From: Phoronis australis
Lineage: Eukaryota; Animalia; Phoronida
Assembly (NCBI GenBank): GCA_002633005.1
Contig: NMRA01000124.1
Location: 301,032 to 365,031, forward strand
Length of the DNA: 64,000 nucleotides
Direction of reading: 5' to 3'
Part shown: positions 26,699 to 39,035 of the stretch, piece after piece
How positions within the stretch are numbered: position 1 is the first letter of the stretch
Layout of the letters: each line of letters begins with the position of its first letter
Notes under the pieces: generated by a model
What the model saw: the letters and a program-made list of their open reading frames with translations, nothing else
The model's database searches: none
What the model was told of the DNA's origin: nothing
Translations under genes and position numbers: made by a program

Positions 26699-28573
26699 TC
26701 ATCCTGTGCAACAATGTTCCTTTTGATGTCGCTTCAACTTCAAGCTGTTGCTGAACGTTTTCTCGCAATGTTCACATTTGGCGCTGACGGCTCCAACTTT
26801 ATGAACGTTCAGTTTGTGTCTCTTCACCTTATCAGCGTCAAAGAACTTCTTTTTACAAATATCACACTCAAAGTTGCGCTCCTTCATGTGCACAGACCGA
26901 ATATGCCTAGTTAAGAAGGGATTCTCATAGAACGTCTTGCCGCATATATCACACCTGTGATTTCTGTCGCCTATATGCCGCTTGTAGTGGGTGGACAACG
27001 CGCTGGAACTTGTCAAGCCTTTTCCGCAAACATTGCACTTGTATGGCTTCTCTCCAGTATGCGTCCGCATATGAAACTTAAGGTTGTAGGCACCTCGGAA
27101 TTTTTTGCCACACACACCACACGACAACGGCTTCTCTCCCGTATGAATCATTTTGTGACTCTGCAGATACTGCTTAGAGTAAAACTCGCCACCGCAAACG
27201 TTGCATTTGAAGTGTCTGTCCTTCACATGATGCATAATGTGTTTTTCAACTGCCCACCTGCCAGACAGCTCTTTCGCACAAAACTTACACTTGAATAGCC
27301 TGTTGTCTAACACCTCGTACTTGTCACAGTACTTATGCTTGCAAAATGCGGCCATGTTGTCAAATGTCATGGGACAAGCACAGCATTGATAGCGTAGTTG
27401 AATATGCTCCGCAATGTGTACAGCCACCCTTTTGATGCTACCAAATCTTTGGGAGCAGGTGCCGCATTTATACAGCAGGTGGCGCTGGTAGTGATGGTCA
27501 GCAATGTCTGAACTATTTGATGTGAATCCACAAACGTCGCATGTAAAGACAGTTTTAGGTGCCATTTGCGGGTTTAATAAACTTGCAGGAATGGTTACGC
27601 CAGCAGACCCTTGGCAGACACTCTTTAAGTGAGAATGAAAATCGCTTAACTGCGGAAGCCCCACTTTAAAATTACCACAAACGTACATCGTTTTTGTGTT
27701 ATTCTGGCTGGTTTTCACACCGTGCATTCTTTCCAAGTGATTTATAGTATCTTGCAAGGAGACAGAAATCAGTTTGCACAGATAGCATTTGAAGACAGTA
27801 ATTTGTGCTCCAGTTTTCAATACAGGAGCACCTGGCTTGAAGGAGTTTACCTGTAGATTTCTCGTATGTACTTCACTTAAATGCAGAATTCCACTTCCAC
27901 TGTATTCAGGGTGTGGGAGTTTGGTTCCCACAGTTTTGTCTGTGTCATGTTTGCAACTATAGTGCTCAAATAACAATTCTTTTCTGAAGAACACCTCACC
28001 ACAAGTATTGCACACAAAATAACTATCTTCACAGCCTTCTGACTCACTGACAGGCTCTTTCTTAATAATGGGATGCTCACTTGTAGTTTTAGTCGACTCC
28101 GTTTCAGAAGTAGAAAGACCGTTCTTGGAACTAATTAGAGGAATTGAAGATTGACCAGGGCATTGCACTGTAACAGTCGATGGTGAATGTTCCACAGAAG
28201 GGTGAAACTTTTGACCTTCAGATTCATGCCCAGTTTCTTCACTGGGAGAGAGCGATTCCTGAAGCTGCAAAGACTTGCTGTCCTTCATAGTCAATGTATC
28301 CCTCATCTGATCCAACACAACCACAGGTATTCCGTGCACTAGCTTACTATCGTATTGCCAAGACCAGTCGTACTTTATTCTGAACACGTTGGGTTGAACA
28401 GCATTCACAGACCCACACGCTTGCTGCGTTGGGGTTTTATGATTGACTTTCTGATATTCTTCCACCTGCTCCTGATCCAGTCTCATCACAGGTAAGCGTA
28501 CTGGTGAATCCCTCATGACCACACCCACCGGTGAAGACAAAAACTCCTCGGAGCTGTCCATGCTCTGCGACAT
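26699..28573 (-). CDS. C2H2 zinc-finger transcription factor (about 11 C2H2 fingers plus degenerate ones), 624 aa
   Basis: ORF with repeated CxxC-x12-HxxxH and TGEKP linkers; acceptor ttttcttgacag| at 28581/28580; possible in-frame upstream exon 30120-30142 (MATPVLDA|gtaagc). Confidence 0.93.
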   Translation of the reverse strand: MSQSMDSSEEFLSSPVGVVMRDSPVRLPVMRLDQEQVEEYQKVNHKTPTQQACGSVNAVQPNVFRIKYDWSWQYDSKLVHGIPVVVLDQMRDTLTMKDSKSLQLQESLSPSEETGHESEGQKFHPSVEHSPSTVTVQCPGQSSIPLISSKNGLSTSETESTKTTSEHPIIKKEPVSESEGCEDSYFVCNTCGEVFFRKELLFEHYSCKHDTDKTVGTKLPHPEYSGSGILHLSEVHTRNLQVNSFKPGAPVLKTGAQITVFKCYLCKLISVSLQDTINHLERMHGVKTSQNNTKTMYVCGNFKVGLPQLSDFHSHLKSVCQGSAGVTIPASLLNPQMAPKTVFTCDVCGFTSNSSDIADHHYQRHLLYKCGTCSQRFGSIKRVAVHIAEHIQLRYQCCACPMTFDNMAAFCKHKYCDKYEVLDNRLFKCKFCAKELSGRWAVEKHIMHHVKDRHFKCNVCGGEFYSKQYLQSHKMIHTGEKPLSCGVCGKKFRGAYNLKFHMRTHTGEKPYKCNVCGKGLTSSSALSTHYKRHIGDRNHRCDICGKTFYENPFLTRHIRSVHMKERNFECDICKKKFFDADKVKRHKLNVHKVGAVSAKCEHCEKTFSNSLKLKRHQKEHCCTG

Positions 28574-29214
28574 GTTTAACCTGTCAAGAAAATGTCAAAC
28601 ATTCATACTAAATGTACACATTCTTGTTTAGTTGTAGAATGATTATTCAGTAGTGAACTACCATAACATGCTAATTTTTAATGAACTATAGCCCCCAGAC
28701 CCCTATGGTGCGCCGCCCGTGAGATGTCATCGAACTCAAAGTTTCCTTGTGTTGCAAGCGGAAACAGACGAAGGGGTCGTGATTGGGATTGCAAATTCTT
28801 GTGAAGGAAACATGAACAAAACTGAGGATAATTAAGTGAAAATCCAAGTATGTTTCGAAACAGCAGTGATGCAGCACATTCCTTCTTGCTTTGAAAACCG
28901 CTCCTCGTCAAAACCACAAGTAAATCCACCGGTTTCTGACTGCCCGTCAACGCGCAGCTGGCAGACGCGAGGACAGCGTTGGTGGACCAATGAAATTACT
29001 ACTGTTGCTGACCATATTGGCACATGCCAAAAAAATAACAGGCGAACATCAGTGTTAGTCGTCATAAAGAGAATGCATCTGTGTCAGAAACTTACACATT
29101 CAAGTTGAGAGACCAAATTTGAAGAGTACTTTCCTAAGTCCACTGTTCAGCTCTGGTGTTGGTTCTCAACTTTACCGATAGGAGATCGAGACAGAGCGAA
29201 CAGGTAGTGGCCTC

Positions 29215-29499
29215 TATGGGCGGCCGTTTATGCAAAAAAAAACATCAAAATGTATATATCAATTCCATTTATGAAATCAATGCTAACTGACATTTCAATC
29301 CTATCTTGTGTATTCAATGTTAATTCATCAATTCAATCCACATTCGTTGTTTCCATACCGTGAACTCAATGCTGTTTTGATATTCTATCCTGTTTACTGA
29401 ATGTATGAGTTCTGTTTCGTCTATCCCATAGGCATCGTAATACTCATAATAATAATGTGATGTCTATGGTCTATCCTATCGTCTAAACGGCCGCCCATA
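29215..29499. mobile_element. Non-autonomous DNA transposon with 16-bp TIRs and 6-bp TSD (IS3EU-type signature)
   Basis: GGCCTC|TATGGGCGGCCGTTTA ... TAAACGGCCGCCCATA|GGCCTC. Confidence 0.8.
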
Positions 29500-31383
29500 G
29501 GCCTCTGGTGAATATTGCGACCCAGCGCATCGACTGGCCTGCTGTGCGTGAATTTCAGTTGAATTCTGCTTAATCTCAAGATCACGTATGCGTGAACTTT
29601 GAGCAATCACGTCACGGTGATTTTTTTTCAACTGTTCATTGTGAAGAATTTAATTATTGGCCTCACGTCCACCCATTTTCTCCTTTACCGTAACTTGTGT
29701 CAAAAAGAATCGGGAGAAGTGCATGATTAAATTATTTATTGGTGCATCAAAAAGACAATTGAAAACAATGTTTTTAAAGTCGCCAACACGTGCTACTGAA
29801 CTTTTATCAACGCGTGAACGTGATACCCCGGTAATTCAATTTGAGTGAACTTGTCAAGTTTCCTCATGTATTCCAACATGTCTCACTGACGCATCAATAC
29901 CCGGCCCAATCAGTCGGTTGAGATTACTTAGCAGGATTCCAAGTTCACGTAGAGTGAAGCCGGACTCCTTTCTGGGGGATACTCACTAAATTGGGCTATG
30001 TTCCCAAGGCTGTACTTCGCACCACCGCCGGCGCAGAGGGTCGGGGGCGGATGAGCCACGTCGCGCTTCAAGACCCGACTTCTCTACCGTGAGTCATATG
30101 GACCTAATGCAAGGCTTACGCATCCAAGACAGGTGTTGCCATGAGCCGAGCGAACCGAGTACTATCAAAATTTAGTAGGCACTTTCGTCCATAAATACGA
30201 AAGCGCGAAGGATGGGTCACTTACCAGTAACGATGCAACTCGTCATTGTATTATAGCTTTTAGAAGAGCTGTTTATTTTTGAGACGGCGTTTCTTATTTG
30301 GAACAAAATCCAACAAATAGGTGACTATGTCCTTTGGGTCTCCTTTTCCGAGTCCACTACCTAAATGGTAGAGGAATGTTTCAAGCTGCTAGTACCATTA
30401 CCTCTGAGGACTGCGTATCCAAATATCCGCTCAATTCCATGAGAATATCATTCAGTTTTTATTTTCTGATGAAATTCTAAGTATGCAATGGCACATAACG
30501 GTAAAGTAAAATTATTGTTGTGGGAGCAAGGGAACCACGTTCCCGTTTGCTACTAGCCGTCTCCGCTCGAAACTCGTCTCAATTTTGTTTGGCACCATGT
30601 TCATTGTAAAGTGCCACTCTTTTCAGCCCCATCACTGTTTGAACTGCGTTCCACTGCGCTAGGAAGCAGAGGGGTTCCATGCTCCTCCAATGATGTGCAC
30701 ACACCGGTGGAAAACTGGGGTAACCGGCACATAGTACCCGACAGTCGATAAAATAAACAGCCAATACAGGCACAGAGCGTTTGTCTACTCCCAGTGCTAG
30801 ACATATCCTTTCCAACCCTGGCCAGGACATTCATGTTAGGTGTTCCCATATGCCCAGTAACTTTGCATAATAGGTCATCTAACCCCACTACGGACATGCT
30901 CGCTGTCACCCATACTTCAAAAAACAGTAAAGCTGCACACAGCAAATTCATAGGATTTTTAAATTCAAGTAGCCTATTTTAGGTAGTGTGAAACAAATTT
31001 CTCTGGACAACAGATTATGTTGTCTTATTTATCTCTTTTCCGTTTTTTGACACTGTACACCACCTCATACAAATAATTGATGGAACCTGACAGATACCAT
31101 CATCTGCACTCACAAGGTGCAAGCCTCAACTCACCAGTTCACGCTTTTAGCTCAAAGCTAGGGTTATAAAGTGCGAACTTAAGACTAGAAACTTTAATAC
31201 ATAATCCGCAATGCACTCCTGCACACATTCATAGACTTTTTGAGTCCGCACAAAAATGCGAAACAATTTCGAGTACAAAGATTAGACCACTGGTCCTAGT
31301 TTTACAATGGTTAACAGGCCTAGATCAGGGGCACAGAGGTTTATTTTTTTAAATCAATAAAACCATTACTTTGTTTTTCACTT

Positions 31384-31389
31384 TTTATT
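31384..31389 (-). terminator. Polyadenylation signal AATAAA of RPL24
   Basis: About 30 nt downstream of the RPL24 stop codon. Confidence 0.7.
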
Positions 31390-31419
31390 TACACAGCTCA
31401 CTACAGCGCATTTGATAAT

Positions 31420-34400
31420 TTATCTCTTTCCTCCAACCCTGGGGGCTGACTTTGTCATTGGCTTGGCTGCCTTCTGTGTCTTCTGACCTTTAGGTTGGGA
31501 TGCCTGAAAGTAAGACGAGCAGCGTAATGTTCAATCTCGTAAATGCTTCAATAAACAACAGCAACGCAGAGTGAGGATATACACCCACGACTGCACCGCA
31601 AACGCTGTGATTCTAGGGGTGTTTATTTGTATCATAAAAATGGCCATTAGATGGCTCAGAATAGGTTGAACCTATTCAAAAATGAGAGGATGACGTCCTC
31701 TTCACAGTAGAAATATAAATGCCAATTTTCAAAGTCATCTGTGGAGTGGTTTGGTTGATAGAGGGGCAGACACCAAAAAACACACTTGAAAATAGTAACA
31801 ATGGCCAGTAGGTGGCACAAAATACCTGCAATGCATCTGAAAATGAGAGGATCCCCCATCTCACTAATAGATGCCAATCTGACAAATTTTATGAGTCTGT
31901 TGAAGATACAGCTCAAATAACAACAGCAGCGCCGAACGTTGGAACACCCACTGAACATCGCAGTGCGCCCATATACATGAGATTATCATTTCTCTGTAGG
32001 TTTTAAACCACTAGTCAAAAGAAGTAGGTTTTTATCACTGAAAACTCTGTTAGAATAGTTTCAGACAAGTATGTGAAAATCTTGTTGATTGAAAGTAGAG
32101 GAAGCTATACAAAAGGGAAAGTATACTATATCAAATGGATCTTTAGACCGTAAGTTCTTTGCGTTGCTCTTCGAACTTCTTTTCCTTGAAAAGAGCCCCT
32201 TTCACATTGAAACCAGAGAAACAGATAATAACTGGCGATAATGCTATGAAAAAGAACAATACAACTTCCTCAGCATTAACCACAGCCAGGCTTCGGGGTC
32301 CGATCTCCGACTCTGCCCAGATACAATCGCGCGACACGATTCCACAACAAATCTACGAAATTTACTGATAGTGCGCTGTGCAATTGGTCAAAGTTGGAGT
32401 GCATCGATTAAACCCCAGGCCTCAATTTCTTGCACACCCCTTTATGAAACAATAAGGGAGAAAGCCTTCTTTACTTACTTTCGCCTGTTTCTTTTGGGCA
32501 TCCTTAGCCTTCTGCTTTTCCTTTGCAGCTCTGGAAATTTGGAATAGACAAAGGAGTTATCACACCTATAGTGGAATTACTGACCCCCTAGCATCATTTC
32601 AGGGCCACAGATGCCTTGACTTTGGGGCTGAATATCAGCTTCATGATCACAGTCCCCTTCAATGAAGACGACCACATACACTGGAGGGCCATTTCACCGA
32701 TCTCGACTGGTTTATGCCGAACAATTCTGACTTCCATTTGTTTATTTCCTGATGTAATTTAGGCGCATTTGATACTGGTTGATGTGGTGGCAAATACACT
32801 GATTTCCCGAAATAAACAGAACTGCAAACTAACAGTAATACATCTAAGCAAAACTGTTAAAGAAATTTTATTTAAAGTTTGGAAGTCAACACAAATTTAG
32901 GAAAGAATTTCGGCGGAATTTTTATGTCCGACTTTTATACTCGCAGTGTCGACTTGGTGGCAACTTGGTATTTTTCCCAGATTGCCAAAAAATGACACGG
33001 TTGAAAAAAGGTGAGAATTATTGATGCAACTTCCATAATTTAAGGACTTGTATTTCTATTGAAATGAGGACAGTTTCAGATCTATCATTAGAAAAGAGCA
33101 TAAGTAAAAAGAATTCATGATGAAAATAAATTGATAGAAAAACTAACATTAGTGAGTAACCAAACTTAGATACACTACAAATGCACTGAAAATTCAGGGA
33201 ACAGTCAAGTCCCCAGAGATTGCTTCATGCAACCTGCCACAGGCCCCTAAACAACATCACAATGAACTAAAGGCAGAACTGAAACAATCAGGCCAACTGA
33301 GAAAGCTTATCTATCTAATGTCAGATTTAATAAAACAGACCCATGCAGCACCTTTAAAATTGTACAGTCTCCAGGCTCAGTCAGTGAGCAGAATAAGTCT
33401 TGCTAGGAAAAAAAACAGTACCTTTCAGGAGACCTCTGCAGAGCGAGAACATGGAACCATTGTTCTATTTTTTATAACATGCAACAGCTAATATTTTATT
33501 TAGTTTTTCTAGAGAGCAAATGCAGTGTGACCCTTGTTTCTTCATGTAGTTTCTCTGCTGCCAATTTACTTTCGGTGAACTAGACTTGAAATGTTGCTGG
33601 ATTGGTATTTAACCTTTCATTTGCTACTGAACTTGAAGCAGTTTTAAACTGATACCTTCAGCCAAGAATAGTTTGCAGATAACTCAGATTCTTATTCATT
33701 GACACCAGAATGCATTAAATTTCAATCTTAGTCTGAAGAAGTAACGAACAGTCAGATTTTTCCCCTAACCGAGAGATCATTTCTATACAGAGTAAGGAAC
33801 TGGGTAATTTCACAAGAATTGCACAATGGTAAGTGGCTTTATTTTCAAAGAAAGTACAGGTTTAATGCTGCTTAAATTAAAGTAACCTCCCCCAAACCTA
33901 TTATCACTCCATTTACCTAATGGCCTGATCTCGCTGAGCCTTCCTGACCTCTGGCTTCTGATTCCTTTTGGCCATTATATCACTGAGGGAGGCCCCAGTG
34001 ACGGGCCGCTGGAACTTGGTCGTGCGGCGCGTCCTCCTTTTGGATACCTCCTCCATCAGACCCTTCTTGTGTTTGCGTCGGTACAGCACCGTCCAGTTAA
34101 TTTTGCGAGGGTTGCGCTTCATGGCATGCGACTTCTCACACTTTCCATTCAAAAACTGGAAACTCTGAAAATGAATATTAAGTTGTCAGTTCATGAGGGA
34201 CTGCACTCCGATCAAGATAGCACAATGTCTGGCACATGAAGTTTGTAGAGAGCAAAAACGAGACGTTTTTCAATGATAAATCACATTTGGCTGGGTGTCT
34301 GACTGCTGTGTGTGAACTTGGAATCTTGCTTAAAGTCCTTCTATCACGCGTTGTTAACCCTTATTACATGGTTAGAGGATGTTATAAGGATCCAAGAAGT

Positions 34401-37400
34401 ACCTACCCCATAAATACACGATCCGTACTCGAAAAAAGGTTTAAATGAACGTGCCGCTCACGATTCGCACCCGAAAAAAACCCCGCCATTTTGAACTTGC
34501 TGCAAACCCGGAAGTACAATTCATTCAGGAACCCAGGCTAAGAAAACGCCATCAGTGTGAGTGCCTGTTACCAGCCTGCAAACGGGGATAAAATAATCGA
34601 CAGCGCGCCTTAATTTTAATAAAATCAAAATACGGACAATTTTATCGAATTTGCTGAAGAAATGTGGCGAATAAATATTGACAGAAATTATTTTGCCAGA
34701 CTCAGGACCGCAGCTATCGGACCCGGTGCCGATCGAGACCAGACACTGGCGAACGGTAAACGCATGTGGTTGCAAGCTGTTTTGTCAAAGTAAAATGGTC
34801 AAATCATAAATGCTGCATATATTCAAGGGTAGTTTCAGACACTTGCATGAAATTACTATAGCGGCTGGTTAGTACATCTTACATTTTTGCACAAAAAACA
34901 CAAAAATGGAACAAAGTTTCTTTTTTGTAGCAACATTTGTCAAAATGTACCAACGTTAAATCTTCACAAATTACAAAGTAGCCGATTGAACATGCCTTTC
35001 AGTTCAGCAAAAGTCGCCTTGTTGTCGGTGCCACCAGAAATGAGACGAAGTTCAATGGGAATTGTGAGCACATTTATCACTTAATGAGTAACAACTGCGA
35101 GGCTGAAATTTGGTGAACACTGTTAAATCGTGCAGAATAGTAAGTAAAGATATGTCTAACTAAATTTCACCGTAATTTGTTGGCGAAAACAATTTACACA
35201 AATTTTTGAACTCGTAACTTATCCCACTGTCCTCCAATATGGCCGACGCGATCCAAGCAAAGTGACCCAAATTTCGCCACAAAACTTGCAATAACTTTAC
35301 ACTGCTTGCCCCGATTTTGATACTTTTTTGATTTTTACTGAGTAGAATGCACTACCTTTCCGATGATAGCAAAGTACTTTTTCAAAACAAGAAAAAAAAA
35401 TAAAACCGAAAAAAATTGGTTCGACTCATATTGGTTCCTAGGTTCGACCGGCCTACGTAAGGAACTAAACACCAATGCTATTTTAACATACTAAGTACGC
35501 GTAACATTCCAAAAAAAAAATCAACGACCACTAACTACAAACTATATATACAGTACATATGCAAACGAATCACGAGATATTACTAATAAAACGAAATAAT
35601 GAAGACTTTTCGAGCAAGCGATAGCACATTCAGTTACAAGGAAAAAATGGCGGCGTGCAGGACAAGTTCCTGAACTGATGAGCAGGAAATGTGGGTACGG
35701 AAATAACCGATGACAACCGGTAATCATACGCTCAGAGAGAAGGGTCAAATACTGTTCAAAAATCGCTTTTGGCAAGAAAGGCGAAAAGAATATAAAGAAA
35801 GGGTGTCAAAAATAAGATTTTATGTAGTAAGTATTTTCGGATACTGGAACCATATGGGCAGTTTGAGAGAAGGACTTTAATCTCAAGATCATGTATGCAT
35901 AATCTTGTAATACACTATGAGACTTGGAAAGTTCACACAATTAATCACGTTCACGTAGATAAAAATTTGCACTGCACTAAAGCAAATTACATTTTAATAA
36001 AAACAATAACACAAATAACCATCCTCTTTTCAACTTATTCAAAATAAAAATAATAACCATTCCCATATTCGGTTTTTGAGACACAAGATAGGGTACAAAG
36101 GAGAAAATTGGGGACCATGAGGCCAACAACTGCAAACATTCTTTACAATGAACAAAAAATTCACCTACACATAGTGTACCTAATTATCGGACGGACCCTA
36201 AATATCGGACATTACATAAAATCTTAACATAAAATCTTACTTGAAGCATAATCTGAGAAATATACGACACAAATTTTTGTTCCGCTGTAATGCATTCAAT
36301 ATCCGGCACTGTCTCGTTTTTTTTTCTAGCGTTGCCTCGTTTTGATTTTACCGACAGAGGGTGCAATTTAGACGCCCAAGTCAGCCTAAAATGGACGATC
36401 GCATAAATCGGTTATGAAAGTTGAAAACAAAATCTTTTTCCACAATGAAAGCATCTAATTGAACTAACAATATGTCACAATTTCATTTTTTCATTTGTTT
36501 TTAAACTCAAGTCAAACCATGGCCACGCACATGTGTGTGTCATATCAAGAAGGGAGATACTAAAAACTGATCAAGGAGTTTGCACGCGCTTTAGTCGCCT
36601 GCACTGGTTCATCGAAACGACTTGGTGCTGTCATCAGACTTCATGTCATGGATAATTTTGTTGCGAATGGAGCTGTGTTGTAGCAGCATAAGACAAAACA
36701 CTAGAGCTGAAATTTGGCTTCAAGGTGCCCGCGGTCATTACTTGGTTAGTCAGTTTTCCGCAGTGTGGCGTATAGTGAAACACGGTAGGGAGGACAATCA
36801 AAAAGTAGGTCACGGTGCTCCATATCTGCCTCCGTGTAAAACCCACGTCGGTAAATTACCCGATTTCCGACTTCAAAGTTAACTATAAGACAATTTTGTG
36901 TTATAAATCATTACCTTAGTCATTATTTGTAAGTTTGTAATCTTTTTGTCTCAAATTATCGCTGATAAATCATTTTTTGTAAGCATTTTTTAGCGGACGA
37001 TTTTCCGCCATGCGATCAACTTTCGAAAAAGTACCTCTTGTTCCTCCTATCCAAAAGAGCACTATACTCTCAAATACAAACATGAAATTTGGACAGGATG
37101 TAGTTTAGATGCGTGCGCATCTCCTGAAGTTGTTTTCTCGAAGTCAAAGCCAAGTTTTCATGGCGAATTTTCGATCGTCCGGAAGGCCTAATTTTGGTCG
37201 GTCGGGAGATTGATGTTTTTCCAGTTGCGCAATATGCCCCCCCGATTTTTAGATGAGGAATTTATCACTCTTTTAATTGGTAATTATTTCATTTTCAGAA
37301 ATTCTGTCAAACTGCTGCGCATTGGCACTTTTCAAACAGCAGTCGTTAGTTCACTAAGTCGCCGCATGTCAGCGCCACCATCGGCTACGTTGAAGTTCNA

Positions 37401-38729
37401 CAATAACACAAATAACCATCCTCTTTTCAACTTATTCAAAATAAAAATAATTACCATTCCCATATTAGGTTTTTGAGACACAAGATAGGGTACAAAGGAG
37501 AAAATTGGGGACCATGAAGCCAACAACTGCAAACATTCTTTACAATGAACAATGAATTCACCTACACATAGTGTACCTAATTATCGGACAGACCCTAAAT
37601 ATCGGACATTACATAAAATCTTACTTGAAGCATAATCTGAGAAATATACGACACAAATTTTTGTTCCGCTGTAATGCATTCAATATCCGGCACTATCTCG
37701 TTTTTTTTTCTAGCGTTGCCTCATTTTGATTTTACCGACAGAGGGTGCAATTTAGACGCCCAAGTCAGCCTAAAATGGACGATGGCATAAATCGGTTATA
37801 TAAGTTGAAAACAAAATCTTTTTCCACAATGAAAGCATCTAATTGAACTAACAATAAGTCAAAATTTCATTTTTTCATTTGTTTTTAAACTCAAGTCAAA
37901 CCATGGCCGCGCACATGTGTGTGTCATATCAAGAAGGGAGATACTAAAAACTGATCAATGAGTTTGCACGCGCTTTAGTCGCCTGCACTGGTTCATCGAA
38001 ACGACTTGGTGCTGCCATCAGACTTCATGTCATGGATAATTTTGTTGCGAATGGAGCTGTGTCGTAGCAGCATAAGTCAAAACACTAGAGCTGAAATTTG
38101 GCTTCAAGGTGCCCGCAGTCATTACTTGGTTAGTCAGTTTTCCGCAGTGTGGCGTATAGTGAAACACGGTGTTCGATATTTAGGTTCTACCAAGATTTGC
38201 CAGTTGACTTTTTAACTACCAGTCGGAACATAAATGTGCTTTTCGGTGACAAGATATAGTAACACAACAATTCTAGAAAGGTAAGCCTTTATTTCAGCAA
38301 ATAATTTACAACAATCCGTAGTATTTTCAATTAAATTTAATGCAAAATGTGCAAAAACGTCCGATACTTAGGTCACTTGACTGTAATTGCCTTGAAGGAT
38401 ATTTAACTTCAAGTTCACGCATACGTGACAGTGAGATTAAGTAGGAGGTATACCAAGTAGGATTCCCAGTTCAAGCACAGCATGACAACAAAAAAAATGA
38501 AAATTGTACCTACCCTTCCGTCGATTTTACACACTCTTTTCCCATGACCAGGGTATATTTTGTAGCCGCTGAAGGCACACAGCTCAACCCTAGAACGAAA
38601 TAATTATAAAATATGACGCTACAAATTACACACATGAGTATTTCAGGAAATTTATTTTTATTATGAAAGATTTATTTACGATGATGACAGATTTTTAACC
38701 AAGCTCCGAATATTTTTCACTCACTTCAT
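31420..38729 (-). CDS. RPL24: 60S ribosomal protein L24 (eL24), 154 aa, 5 coding exons
   Basis: Exons 38725-38729, 38514-38589, 33917-34164, 32479-32530, 31420-31503, all GT-AG. Protein [19 protein letters not shown]...[18 protein letters not shown]...SAPRVGGKR*. Confidence 0.98.
31553..31870 (-). mobile_element. DINE-1/HINE-like element fragment in last RPL24 intron
   Basis: Reverse-complement similarity to 230-887 and 51740-52606, including the 3' end. Confidence 0.6.
36003..38170. repeat. ~780-bp near-identical duplication (36003-36786 vs 37400-38170) at single-N join in RPL24 intron 2
   Basis: Direct comparison shows scattered SNPs/indels; N at 37399. Confidence 0.9.
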
Positions 38730-39035
38730 GATGGCGGATAGGTAAAAGGAGGATTGTGGGTAATTGTAGCTTCCTTCACAAAACTGTGTTATTGCATATT
38801 ATTGGTTCCTCTGAGATCGAAATATAAATCTTGCATTTGCTGTTTTAGGCGAAATATTTCTCCTATAGAATACATGAACTGAAACATTTTTCTTCAAAGT
38901 TTCGTCTTGCGAACAGAATAAGAAACAATGCAAGCCAAATATAGACGTTAACGAAACAACAACAAATGAAATGTTTTGTTTACGTTTTGGTTACCCAATC
39001 AAAACAGACGAGACAAGTCCGCGGGAAGACTCAAA
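38730..39035. promoter_or_regulatory. Bidirectional RPL24/CEP97 promoter
   Basis: 306 bp between divergent ATGs. TCT/TOP-type pyrimidine start CTCCTTTTACC (minus, ~38741-38751), ZNF143/Staf-like site GCTACAATTACCCACAATCC (minus, 38751-38770), CCAATCA (~38995), YY1-like ATGGCGG at both starts. Confidence 0.8.

Noticed and set aside
26624-27298. Plus-strand ORFs antisense to the zinc-finger gene (and similar antisense ORFs over CEP97 exons)
   Set aside because: Shadow ORFs of the true coding strand
30225-30250. MTSCIVTG looks like the start of a THAP domain
   Set aside because: No downstream THAP exon found; splicing to the ZNF acceptor gives an immediate stop
30400-30982. Overlapping ORFs (83-116 aa) between ZNF and RPL24
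   Set aside because: No recognisable domain or splice structure; more like a repeat/SINE-like sequence that I cannot classify
32531-33916. Intronic snoRNA in RPL24 (GTGATGT...CTGA near 33190-33265, minus strand)
   Set aside because: Imperfect C box, weak terminal stem and no rRNA-complementary guide that I could recognise; needs snoscan/Infernal
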